Of a DNA stretch of 64,000 bases, positions 12,590 to 24,860 are shown in pieces. The notes beneath the pieces were generated by a model. The model did not search any database and was not told the origin of the DNA. It was given only the letters and a program-made list of their open reading frames with translations. The DNA is from Stegostoma tigrinum (taxonomy: Eukaryota). A program made the position numbers and the translations under genes. Each line of letters opens with the position of its first letter. Position 1 is the stretch's first letter. The stretch lies in the NCBI RefSeq assembly GCF_030684315.1, contig NC_081400.1, positions 7,817,464-7,881,463 of the forward strand. Direction: 5' to 3'.

Positions 12590-13900
12590 AGGTCAGAAAT
12601 CACGCAACAGTAGGTCATTGTCCAACAGGCTTATTTGAAACCATAAGCTTGTGGAGCCCCAGTCCTCCTTCAGGCACGTGTGAGGGAGGCTATGTTGCAC
12701 ACAGAATTAAAAGTAAATGATCAAAGGGTCACACCACTGACGAGGATGTATTAAACAAACCTAAGATGCTGTTCAATCTTTAACCAGTCAGAAGGTTTTA
12801 TTTGATTGATATGTATATGTAAATCGCCAAATTCCTTTCAAGTCACTGTCCTGAGAGAACCAAAGGTTTTATCAGTGTAAAGATGAGGTGAAATTTTAGG
12901 TCAGACAATGTACGTTAGATGTGAAACTATGTTTAGAATCTGTTTGTTTTAGTTTGGATTCAGACTGGTTTTATTTCTAAAGTAGAAATTTATGAAACAC
13001 CACATTTACTGATGTCTTTTAATTGTGTGTATTTTGAACAAAATCAAATGTATCTACCAATGCAAATTCACCCCTTAGATTTGTGTGTGTGTGTGTGTGT
13101 GTGTGTTGGGAAGGTGGAGACAGTGTGTGTGCATGTTGGAGAGTGTTTGTGTGTATGTGAGAGTGTGTTTGTATGAGTGAGTGTGCGTGTATGTATGTAT
13201 GTGTGTAAGTGAGTATATAGTGCGGTGGGGTTACCTGTCATGCAACATGAGCTCAAGATCCCGGTTGAGGCCGCCCTCATTGTTACTGAACTTGGCTAAC
13301 AGCCGCTGCTCGGTGACTCTGCATTGTTGTGTATCTCGAAGTCCGCTTTGGAGGATGTTTACCTGAAGATCTGAGGCTAAATGCCATTGACCGCTGAAGT
13401 GTTTCCTCACTGGGAGGGAACATTTCTATTTGGTGATTGTTGTGTGGTGTCTGTTCATCTGTTGTCAAAGTCTCTGCAAGGTTATCCCCAATATACCATG
13501 CCTTGGGGCACCCCTGCCTGCAGCTTATGAGATATACAACGCTGGCTGAGTTACATGATTATCTGCTGTGCATCTGGTGTGCAGTGTTCTCTCCTGTGAT
13601 GGTAGTGTCCCTGTCAAAGATCTGGCACATCTTGTAACCGTTTCCATGACAGAGTTGTGTAGTGTTGTGGTTGATGTTGTCCCGAAGGCTGGTTATTTTG
13701 CTTCGAACACTGGTCAGTTTAAGATTTGACAGTAGTTTGAAGGTGAGATGTGGAGGTGTAGGGAAGATCTTTGTGAGGTGCTTATCATCATTGATAATGT
13801 ATTGTAGGCTGCAAAGAACATGGTGTAGTTTCTCACTCCCGGGAAGTACTGGAAGTACTTGCAATCCAATAAGCCAGGCAAAATCCCCCAAATTAATACT
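12590..13900 (-). mobile_element. Penelope-like element 3' part (GIY-YIG endonuclease remnant and terminal repeat)
   Basis: Minus-strand translation VVYLISC..C...YIGET..L..MN.H and a terminal GLN motif; (TG)n tract inside. Confidence 0.75.
13082..13210. repeat. (TG)n microsatellite and degenerate extension
   Basis: Directly visible. Confidence 0.9.
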
Positions 13901-13984
13901 ATTCTAAATCTAAGGTTACGTGCTGAATTCTTTGCACAACTCATTGTTTTGTAATCGCTATCATGGTGGCCCATGGCCTCCTAC

Positions 13985-15430
13985 ATTCAAGTAGAAACAG
14001 ACTGAGTTTTTTCCAATCTCTCCTCATAGTTAATGCCCTCCAAATCGGGCAACATCCCGGTTAACCTTCTCAATACTGTTTCCAATGCCACCGCATGGTG
14101 CAACCAGAACTGTGTGTTATATTCCAAATGTGGCCTTAGTAAAGTCCAATATAGCTGCAACATGACCTGCCAATTTTTATACTCAGTGCCCTGACTGGTG
14201 AAGGCAAGCATGCAACACGTCTTCTTCACCACATTATCCCCCAGTCACTTTCAGGCGATTGTTGACCTGTACGTCCAAATTCCTCCGTATGTTAATGTTT
14301 CCAAGTGTTCTGCCATTTACTGTATACTTCCCACCTGCAATAAACGTTCCAAAATGCGTCCCTTCGCATTTGACCCGATTGAATTCCATCTGCTATTTCT
14401 CCAACCAAACCTCCAGCCTATTTAAATCCTGATGTAATCCTCTGGCAAACCTCCTCAATATCCACAGCTCCCCCAATCTCAGTATTTTCTGTAAACTTAG
14501 ACCATCCTTACACTTTTTTCCAAATAAGTTATATATGTTACAAACTAAGGTCCCCCAGCATTGATCCCTGCAGAACACAACTGGTCACAGATCTCGTGTC
14601 AGAAAAATGCACCCTACTAACATCATTCTGCCTTCCAAGACCAATCCAGCTATGTATACATCTTACCAGCTCACTGTGGATGTCACGTGATTTCATTTTG
14701 TATATCAGCCTGTCACAAAGGATCTTGTCAAAGGCCTCGCTGAAGTCCATGAAGCCAACATTAACTATTCTGCCCTCATTAACTACCTTTCTCATCATTT
14801 TCAATAAAATTCAACAATGTTTGTGAGATATGACCTCCCCCATGCAAAGCCATACTGCCTAATCAGTCCATATTTTTCCAAGTGTGAATAAATGCAGTGT
14901 GTAAAAAACTGTTCCAATAATTTCCCTACCACTCAAGCTCTCTGGCCTGCAAGGATTATCCTTGTTGCCCTTTTTGAACAAGGAACATCATTGGCTATTC
15001 TCCAGTTCTCTGGGATCTTGCCTGTGACTAAAGAGGGTAAAAAGATTTTGCACAAGGCCCAGCAAATTCCTCCCTCACATCCCTCAGTATTCTGGGATAG
15101 ATCTCAATCGGCCCTGGGGACTGGTCCACCTTCATGCTTTTCAATAGACAAACACTTTTTTTATATAGTCATTCCCTGGGATATCAACGTACTCCACTCT
15201 AGATTCACCATTCACTAGACCCTTCGCTGTGGTCCCTGGTTCCACACATAAATATCCACCTTTGCCCTTGAGTGGATTTATCCTTTCTCTATCTACCCGC
15301 TTCTTCTTATAAACTGATAAGAAGCTTTGGGATTTTCCTTAATACTGTTTGCCAAGGTCATTTCATGGCCTTTTTTAGCCTTCGTAACTCTTTGTTTCAG
15401 TTCTTTCCTTTATCTTTATATTCCTCTAGA
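13985..15430 (-). mobile_element. Degraded CR1 RT fragment
   Basis: MDFSEAFDK, LYWTLLRPHLEY. Confidence 0.8.
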
Positions 15431-16229
15431 CGTCTGTCTCTTTATTTTCGTAAACTTTACATTATTGTGTTCGAGAAACAGTCGATTGCCGCTCTATTGC
15501 CTGACCCACAGGCAAATGGGCCTAGGGTAAACGAGGTCAACGAGTTGAAAGAACTCTCATTTGACAAGATGTCACATAAAACATTATACATAATTTAGTA
15601 TCAGGAGGGTAACTATTTTCTTGGGTAGACGATTAGATGACTGGCAACAAAACATGTGTCTTTCCACTTCACTCTATTTTCACCTCCGTTTTGAAAGTTC
15701 AGATTTTCTGACCACCCTTCGGCTTTTCAGGTCGCGTTTTGTGGCTGAAGCTCACCGACATGTATGTGACCACACTCTGGTCATTCATACACATGAAACA
15801 GACAAAGTGAGGACCAGAATAGTGATTGCTCCCCGTTCCATGATCCTGCATTATCAAGTTACTCAGTGTTTGTTTTTGAAATGAGCTTCAAGATAAGAAA
15901 TGTATGACCAAGTCCTGTGGGGATTGGAAGTGAATCAACCAACAAATATCATTGCACAGGAAGTTAAACATTTCAACCTGTGAGTGTTGGTTCTTAGATG
16001 ATGAATAGCCATTGGCTATAGGTGAAAGCATAACTAACATTAGCTGGTCAATAAAGATTAATGAGATACATTTGGCTGTACAGGGCAAGGTTTCGTAAAT
16101 TAGTAGTAACACAAATAAAAGTTTTACGAACTGCGCTGATGGCAATGATAATCTTCAAAAACACAGACATAGTTTGTTGAATGGAGTGGGACAATGAGTT
16201 GTGCTCAAGTCAACAAAGATGATATGGTT

Positions 16230-16565
16230 GCACTGAGGGTACCATAGCTTTAAGAGGTCTATTTTGTTCTGGGGACCTGTGTTCGCACCCGACATGACAG
16301 ACAGTGGAATTTGAATTCAATAAATATCTGGAATTAAGGATATCATCATTACCACAAATTCAGTGCTGATTGTTGGGGAAAAACCCATTTCGTTCAATTC
16401 TGTCCTTTAGGGAAGGAAATTGCCACCCTTACCTGGGTCTGGTGTGCGGGGGACTCCAGACCCACAGCAACATGGTTCACTCTTAACTGCCTTCTGGGCA
16501 GTTAGAGATGGGCAATAAATTCTGACCTAGTCAGTGACTCCATCATCCCAGGAATGAATAATAAA
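16230..16565 (+). mobile_element. SacSINE1/DeuSINE-like SINE
   Basis: Shared core ggaatttgaattcaataaa...actccagacccacagcaa...cttaactgcc; related copies at about 28830-29170, 32075-32400 and 41790-42020 (+) and 30820-31060, 34950-35300 and 41460-41710 (-). Confidence 0.65.
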
Positions 16566-17217
16566 CAAGTCAGGTTAGGGACCATTCGGATGGATTTAAA
16601 TGATTTAATTTTACTGTGTTTCAAGTACTACAGGAAGAAAGAGTGATGTCTGTCTGGTATAAAACATTGCTAGGTATAAATTTCTGTGCATTCTGACTTA
16701 CAAAATATATGATGGGGTGAGAGAGGGTTTCTTAAGGCTTTGCAGCTGTGGTTCCACGAATAATGAACTTTATTGACATAGTTGACTTGGGCAACGCACT
16801 GCTATTACATTTGGAGGGTAGAAAATATGCAAAAATAGTATGGTGTTAGATTCATAATCATGATACATCCAGACTGACTGGACAGGGAGAATTTGCTGTC
16901 ACACCACACATATTGAGAACCAGAAGAACCAATCTGAGGAGATTGGCAAATGAATTAGTGGCAATATGTAGTGAAATGTTAGCATTTGGAAATTCGCTGT
17001 CAGAATACAATTTATGCTGTGACAGCAGGGCTCTAGTTTACTTTCATAATCTACTGGTTCAGACAAAGAAAAAAAACAGAATGATGTGGCAACTTCTATA
17101 TGCCCTGTGGACCTCTCGAAATGCATAAGTTGCAGGAGCTGGAAAAATATTGTATTACTATGTAACGTGCATGAGTGACAGCAGTACGAAGAAGTTATTT
17201 CCTTCACACTGGACATT

Positions 17218-17281
17218 ATGAATGTGTTTTATAGCGTCAAGAAAATATACTACTTGATTCTTGCCATTATTGGTGTTCCTG
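17218..17281 (+). CDS. GPR139-like class A GPCR, coding exon 1 (MNVFYSVKKIYYLILAIIGVP+G)
   Basis: ATG at 17218 with an in-frame stop upstream; encodes the first half of TM1; consensus donor G|gtaagt at 17281/17282; phase 1 matches the acceptor at 20994 to give ...IIGVPVNIVAIGVLSRG. Confidence 0.85.
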
Positions 17282-17962
17282 GTAAGTGATCTTTAATGCT
17301 GCATGCATTTTTACAAAAGTGATTCTCTATTTTTATATCTCAGTTGCAGTTAATGCATTATTGCAATTTCAATGCCCAAGTGGTAAGAAACAGAGTTATA
17401 CAATTCCTTGAAAGGTGAATGTGCAGAAATAATGTTAAGCTTTTATTGTTCTTGACTAGGAACATCTCAGTAACTGTATAACAGACAAGGAGGTGATTCA
17501 GTCCACTGTGTCCATGCTAGTCAACAAATATCTGACAACGCTAATCTCATTTTTCAGCTCTTGAATCAGAGCCTTAAAGCTCTGGCAGTGCAACTGAATA
17601 ACTTGAGTCTGCTTGAAAATGTAACTACTGCAGTGGTGAGAATTGCTGACTTAATTACCCTTTCATTCAGTAGGTTCCAAGCTTCCACCCCCTCTGGGTG
17701 AAAATCATCTCAACCATTGATCTTTTAAACTTCTAGCCCTTACCCTAAGTCTACGATCCCTAGTTATTGATGCCTCTTAGCCTTGTAAATCAAAATCTCA
17801 ATTTTTAAAACATATTGTTGGTTTTCAACTTAACCAAATCTTACAGCAAGAAATTCCCAATTTAACACAATATATTTAAGCATCAGTTAATGCAAAATCT
17901 TACAGTGACTTCACCAGTTTGCAACACTAATCCCAGTGATTTGGCAGAACTTGAAACAAACA

Positions 17963-17994
17963 CTCTGATGAAGGGTCTAGGCCCGAAACGTCAG
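17963..17994 (+). ncRNA. Minimal type-I hammerhead ribozyme motif (Penelope-like repeat end)
   Basis: ct-CTGATGA-a-GGGT-ctag-GCCC-GAAA-C-GTC-ag: intact core, stem II, palindromic ACGT stem III remnant, GUC cleavage triplet. Confidence 0.7.
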
Positions 17995-20562
17995 CTTTTG
18001 TGCTCCTGAGATGCTGCTTGGCCTGCTGTGTTCATCCAGCCTCACATTTTATTATCTTGGAATTCTCCAGCATCTGCAGTTCCCATTATCTCTCACAACA
18101 ATCGTGAGTTTGGTTCTTAATTTCCTCTCCTCAATTGCCCTCAAAGTGTCCATCTTTAACACTATTCTTGCCTTATGCTAACTGTTGTATGATGTTTCAA
18201 GGGATTAAAAATTTTCCTTATGTATTATCAGCCCTATCAGGAATGAATTGCACACACCCTTCTCACAATCTGAAACACTCTCCTTTGTCATTTCATTTTC
18301 AAGCATTCTACTTTGATTTTATCATTACCTGAAAGCTATTTTTGACCTATTATTTTCCAGATCTGAGGAAAGGTTATTTGCAGAGAGTTCTAAAGCTGTT
18401 CTCCCAGCAAGAATCTGCCTGTTCAATGAGCGTTGTCAAGACTCTCCCATTTCTTTCAAGCTTATTGCAAGATTACTATTTTCCTTTGCTCCATTTCCTA
18501 AATGCTGAGGTTCACAGAAGGCAGGAGGTGCAGCAAGGTAGGCTTTAGGATCAGAAAGCAAAGAATTCAGTTCTGTTACAACTGTGTGACATTTGAAAGG
18601 CATAATTGCTGAATTCCGTTGTTAAGACCTTCCCTCCAGAAAAGGATTGAGAGACAAGTTCCACATTGTAGACACCACATAAAGTGAACAAGCCAGTCAT
18701 TCTCTGACACTGGTTCCAAGTTGTGAGTGGTGGGTTTTGGGTTGTGGGCAGTTCCAACTGAGGTATATCCAATAAACAATGGAGATAGGGACACTTGCTG
18801 TCATCGGTCTGTGTGTTGCCCGTCCCAATTCCTGATCAACAACTGAATGGAATGTTCAATCTTGGTATAGAGGATAAGTTAATTAAGAATCCTAGCTTGT
18901 GGTCTTTTTTCTTTGTTGGGAATTCTCTCTTTCTACACAGCAAGTAGATCTGGTATCAAATCAACATTACACATGAACAGGCAAACATCGAAATAAAGGC
19001 AAAAATCATTTAAAAAATGATGGCTGGTCTGAATACAAATTCAAATCCACAATCCCACCTACTCATGAAAACCTGTCACCCACATTTCTATCAAGAATCT
19101 ATCCAATTACCTCAAAAATTTAAAGTTGATGGTTGCATTAACCTTGTCCAAATTCTCCACCTGGAATCTACTCCCTGACTTTATAATTGGTCCCTACATG
19201 GACAGCATTGATTGGATAATCTCCCTATTATTGTGAGATCTTTCCCAGCCCTGAGAGAGTTTCCAAACTCTGGCACTGAGCAGACTTCACAGCAGTCCAG
19301 ACTCATGTAACTTCTGTACAGAACAGTGTCAATCTCTACGATCAGACTCCTTGCGACTGTCACTATATTCCTCATTGCTATCACACTTGAAAGTCTTCCT
19401 GTACTTGCGTATAATGGTCTGTTAGCTAACCCAGATTGCATACAACACTTTCATTCAAATATGTTGAATCATATCATTGTGGTTGGGTAATTGCAAAGGC
19501 TGCAGATCCCATGCTAGTCCCCTCCGTTCTCCTATTGTGTGACATGGAACAAATGAGAAAACTCTCAATCCTCTGAGATAATGGTATTGTTTCACTTTAT
19601 CTGATTTCGCCCTCATTCTCTGTTCATGCCGTCATCCCATCACTCACTATTCTTCTTTCACTGCTTACGTCTTCTCTGATCCATCGTTTATTTGAAATTG
19701 TTTGATTCTCCTTGCATCACCTCCCCTTTGACAATGAATCACACCTGCCCTCTAAAGGATCTTTATTATTTCATGGCCAAACATGCAACTTTACTCTAGA
19801 TTTCCAACTATTCTCTTGTATCAGGCATACATTATGGAGTGCCACAGCTATTCCTCTCTTTGTAGATGTGAGCTCGCTTTACATTGTCATATTCTCCTAT
19901 TTCATTCAGGCTTGATGCAGGCTCAGTATTATTCTTTTTCTCCAGTGCTAATGCTTTGATGTTAATTGCTGCCAATTGGGTGGGCAGAATAGAAAGCAAG
20001 GAATTGAGTTCTGCCACAGTGCTGTAGGAACGTGAAACCTATATTTTCTGATTTATGTCTTTAAGGCACTCTTTTCGTAGAAAAGAACCGGAGTGACAAT
20101 GTGTAAGATGGACATGGGTAAGGTACGTTCTGGAAAACTTGAACACACCAGCCACACTCCACCATTAACTCCATGTTCTAGGTTTGTGGGATAGTTAGAG
20201 GGGCAGTCCCATTTGATGTGCACGCAATTCCACAAACCATGAAGTAGACGGAGTGTAGTGCCTCCTGTTATTGTGTTATCCATCCCAATTTCTGACCCAT
20301 GACACTATGGAATGTGTAATCTTGGCATGAAGATGATTTGATTGCCTATCCCTCTACTGTGTTATATGGGAAATATATTCACCTAAAAAAGAAACTTGGG
20401 ACAGAAAAATGAAAAATATTTGAGCTAGGCATCATAATTGATTTCCAAACACTTCACCCTGGAGACTCTGAATGTCTCTTGCCCTCTGCCAATTTCTTAA
20501 ATGGAGATAAAAAAGCTCTAATTCTGAACAAAAACAGAATTTGTTGCAAAAGCTCAGCATGT

Positions 20563-20681
20563 AGAACATAGAACATAGAACATAGAACAGTACAGCACAG
20601 AACAGGCCCTTCAGCCCACAATATTGTGCCGACCATTGATCCTCATGTATGCACCCTCAAATTTCTGTGACCATATACATG
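20563..20681 (-). mobile_element. Very short 3' CR1 copy of the same young subfamily as 4608-5764
   Basis: Near-identical to 4608-4727 including the (TTCTATG)n tail; flanked by catgt repeats; inserted into a Penelope-derived palindromic repeat. Confidence 0.85.
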
Positions 20682-20994
20682 TGTGGTAGCATCTGTGAAA
20701 AAAAATCAGAGTTAACATTTCGAGTCCGGTGATTTTTCTTCACAGGTGCTGCCAGACCTGCTGAACTCTTACAGCAGCTTCTGTTTTTGCTCCTGATTTA
20801 CAGCATCTGCAGTTCTTATAGATTTTGTTTTAGGTCTAATTCTGTTCAGATTTTAAAATTTACTGTTTGACGTGACCTCAAAAAACCCAGTTTGTCAGTA
20901 AGAATTTCTTTTATGATATGAAATCTGATATGGAAAATGGGTGAATAGCAGTTTCTTATGTGCTCCACCCCATCTCTTTCTCTGTCTGTTACAG

Positions 20995-21908
20995 TAAATA
21001 TAGTGGCGATTGGAGTCCTGTCACGGGGAACATGTGGTCTTACAAACTGTACTACTCGCTACCTAATGGCCATGGCATTGGCGGATTTACTGGTCATCAT
21101 CACTGATGTCATCCTGTACCGGATCAGCTCTTTTGCTTTTCCAGCATCTTTCCTCAACATCACTCCAGTGTGTAGTGTTCTCTTTGTCCTGGCACGTACC
21201 ACCACAGACTATTCTGTGTGGTTCACTGTTACCTTTACCTTTGATAGATTTATAGCCATCTGTTGTCCGAAGCTGAAAACAAAGTATTGCACTGCAAAAG
21301 CTGCAGTTGCCATTCTAGCAGCAACCTCCATCTTGCTGTTTTTAAAAAACATACCCAACTACTTTTTACTTGAAGCAGGAGATGTAGTTGGTAACATATC
21401 ATGGGGTTGTTACTTCAATCCAAATTGCTGTACTGTCCCAGGATGGATAGTATTTGATTGGTTTGATGCAGTATTAAACCCACTGCTGCCGATTGTTTTA
21501 ATGATGTTACTTAACACCTTGACAGTCAGACATATTTTAATGACCAGTCAAATCCGCAAGGGACTGATAGGTCGAAAAGCGGGCGATATTTACAGTGACC
21601 CAGAGATGGAAAGCAGAAGGAAATCTGTGATCTTACTTTTTGCAATATCTGCCACCTTCATACTTCTGTGGTTGGTGTCTGTCAGCCATTTCTTTTACGA
21701 CAAGCTTACCAGAATAAGTACTGATACTTACAAGAATTTAGAACACATTATTCAGCAAATTGGGTTCATGTTGCAAAATTTAAGTTGCTGCACAAACACA
21801 TTTATTTATGGAGTGACACAATCCAAATTCAGAGAGCAGGTAAAAAGAGTGGTGAAATATCCATTTATATCAATTTCTCAATCACTTCACAATAATAAAA
21901 TCAACTGA
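20995..21908 (+). CDS. GPR139-like class A (rhodopsin-type) orphan GPCR, coding exon 2; spliced protein about 325 aa
   Basis: Acceptor ctctttctctgtctgttacag at 20994. 7TM pattern: TM1 N, TM2 LADLL, TM3 FTFDRF, TM5 P, TM6 FILLW, TM7 SCCTNTFIY. The LSRGxCGL..TTRYLxAMA.ADL and DPEMESRRKS motifs are typical of the expanded chondrichthyan GPR139-like family. No stops or frameshifts. Confidence 0.92.
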
Positions 21909-24284
21909 CTGTCATCCAAAGCCAGTTCGCAGTGTTTCTCCTCAAATAAAAACAAAATGTTGTGGATGTTAGAGATCTGGAAATTGGGAAGGATGAAATG
22001 TTGGAGCCACTCAACAGGTCTGCAGCATCTTTGGTGAGGAAAACAGAGTTTAAATTTTGTGTTCAAGACGACATTCCTTCATAACCTACAGGAAGTGTCG
22101 AAATGTTAAGTGTGTTTCCCTCATGTTAGGTACAGCCACATCCTGAGGTTCATGAAGGGAATTTTAAGACAGCATTAAGAGGTATGACTGATAGTTGCTG
22201 TTCAGTTCAACTAATCGTTCAACAAATGACAAAGTTCCATTTAAGCTTCCTCCCATAGATTTTTATGTAAATTGGGTATTGAAGCTGTAGATTCACTTTC
22301 TACTGGAACGTTTGTTTAAGTTCATCATAAATGTAAACGTTCACTCTTTGTAATTTTTGGTACATTGAAAATTTCTACTGGAACTCAAAGTGGCTATCTC
22401 ATCGCTTGCTATGCGAGCTGTCATTTATGGAAACAATATTCGTATTTACTTCATCCAAATTATTGAAGAATTTATACATTCGAATTGGTAATCCTTTCAA
22501 TTTGTTTCCAACCCGGAAGATGCTCCTTATCTTGTGACGTTGAGCCATTGATTTTCCACTGGATGACCATCTGAACTCATGAGGGATCTGGAATTAGGAG
22601 TGTTGTTTATATTTGGCAGAGGAGAGCCTTGCGTAGTGGTTACCAGGCGGATGTGAGGGAGAGTCAGAGTTGCACCTGCAAAACAGAGGGAAAACATGAA
22701 TCAGATTCTTCAGCTCCATTTGCTGAATGTTGATCTCCTCAATACAATACAACCACAATAAAACAAAACATTGCAGATGTTGTAAATTTTTTGTGCCATT
22801 TGAGTATTGCTTTCAACTAGCACAATTCATCCAAACTCTAACCCCGCACCTCATTACACCCCATGATGCTTGATGGAACAGCACACATCTGGAGCTGCAG
22901 TACTGAGTGATTCATATACTATTTCAACTGAACTATTTCGTAGTGTTGCTTTATTGAAGCACAAGAACAATTGATGAAGGAATTGTCAAAGTGGGGTGTC
23001 TGAGACAAGCAATGAGAATGCTGTAGAAACTCAGCAGCTCTCTGGTATCTGTGGTGAGAAGAAGAGAGTTAATGTTTCGAGTCTGGCATGCCTCTTCTTC
23101 ACCACAGAAGCTGCAAAACCTGCAGAGTTTCTCGAACATTCTCTACATTTGTTTCAGAATTCCAACATCCCTATTATTTTGCTTTCATTTGAAAGTGCAG
23201 TGAAGTGCTGCAAGGAACAAAGCAGAAGGTTAAGGGAGTCTGTTCCGTTGGGAGCATCACAGAGTGCCGTACTGACTGCGGGTGTATGCAATTGTAGTAA
23301 TCTATTGTCATAAAGTCGGGAATTATAGAACATGGTGATGTCAGACGGGCAGAGCTGTGGGAATGTTTCTCTGTTGAAGAGGTGGCATGAGCAGTGAGAC
23401 AACACCAATGCCTCCATGGGCAATAAAAGGGAAAATTCTGCAGATCTGACAGCATCTGTAAAGAGAGAAATATTTGACATTTTGAGTTCAATGTGAATGA
23501 GTAAGTGTTTACATTTCTATGTAAAAGGTCAGATGCATTCTAAAGGAATATGAATGAGAATAAGTTATGGTTGCGTTAACGTAGGTGCTGCACTTTCAGT
23601 CGGCACTTCTCTTAGCGTCCTCTGAGGTTGGCAAGTGAGCTGAATGCCATCTGGTTGAGAGATTTCAACGTCTATGACCAAGTGTGGCTCAGCCATTACA
23701 CTACTTATTGAAATATTTTGGTTAAAAGAATATTGCTGTAAGATTGTATCAGCGGCACGGGTTCATGAAACTGAGAAGAGGAAAAGCAAAGGCCTGAGTG
23801 ACCACACCATCGCTTATCTAACTGCTGCAGATTCTTCTGCACATGATAATACTGGTATGAATGATCACTGCACAGTGCGGCTGGAATTGAAGACACAACT
23901 GCTCATTGATAATTTCCTGTATCATGATGCATGGCACTATCGCTGTGCTAACTCGGACAGAATTCTAGAAGGGCTAGCAACTCAATACTGGGCAACCATC
24001 ATGCAAGGTAGGCCATAAACAACAGCAGAATTGTAATTAAACATAGCCTGTATCATCGTGGCCTGGCATATATTGAATGCTACCATGAACATCAAGCCAA
24101 GGAATCAACCTCATTTCAATGATGAATGCAGGAAGAGTGTCAGAAGCAGCATCTAGCGTAACTACAAATGAAGTGTTGACTTGATGAAGATATGAAGCAC
24201 GACTCCTTACTGGTAACAACCTAGGATGTTAAGACCCACTGAAATAGGAACAAGAATAAGCTGGTCCTGGGCTCCCTCCACTGT

Positions 24285-24860
24285 CAGAACAATGCCCCCC
24301 GAAGTCTGGAAGAACAGCACCTCATATTCCGCTTGGGAACCCTGCAGCCCAATGGTCTCAATGTGGAATTTACAAGATTCAAAATCTCCCCAACCCCGAC
24401 ATCATCCCAAGACCAGCCCATCTTGTCCCCACCTCCTTGAACTGTCTGTCTTTTCTCCCACCTATCCGCTCCTCCCACCTCACTGACCAACCCCCACCCC
24501 TCACTTCCTACCTCCTGGCCTCACCCCTCCCTCCTTGATCTGTCCGTTTTCCCTCCCACCCATTCACGCCTCCCTCATCACCGAATAACCCTGATTCCAA
24601 CTCTCAACCTACACTAACCTTTACTGGCTTCATCCCTGCCTCCTTGACCTGTCTGTCTTCTCTCCACCTATCTGTTCCTCTATCCACCTTCCATCCCCTC
24701 TCTGTATTTATTTCAGAGCCCCCTTCCCCTCCCCCATTTCTGAAGAAGGGTCTAGACCGGAAACGTCAGCATTCTTGCTCCTCTGATGCTGTCTGGCCTG
24801 CTGTGTTCTTCCAGCTCTACACCTTATCTCAGACTGCAGCGTAGGTAGTTCCCACTATCT
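24285..24860 (+). mobile_element. Penelope-like element 3' fragment (Neptune-like GIY-YIG tail, pyrimidine-rich UTR, hammerhead motif at 24738-24769)
   Basis: LEEQHLIFRLGTLQPNGLNVEF; CTGAAGA...GAAACGTC. Confidence 0.75.

Noticed and set aside
20958-20994. ORF-track N-terminus MCSTPSLSLSVT of the GPCR
   Set aside because: It is the polypyrimidine tract and acceptor of the intron; TM1 is completed by the exon at 17218-17281.
23674-24018. 114-aa ORF in non-repeat DNA (and a 70-aa ORF at 32849-33061)
   Set aside because: No recognisable motif, splice signals or compositional support.
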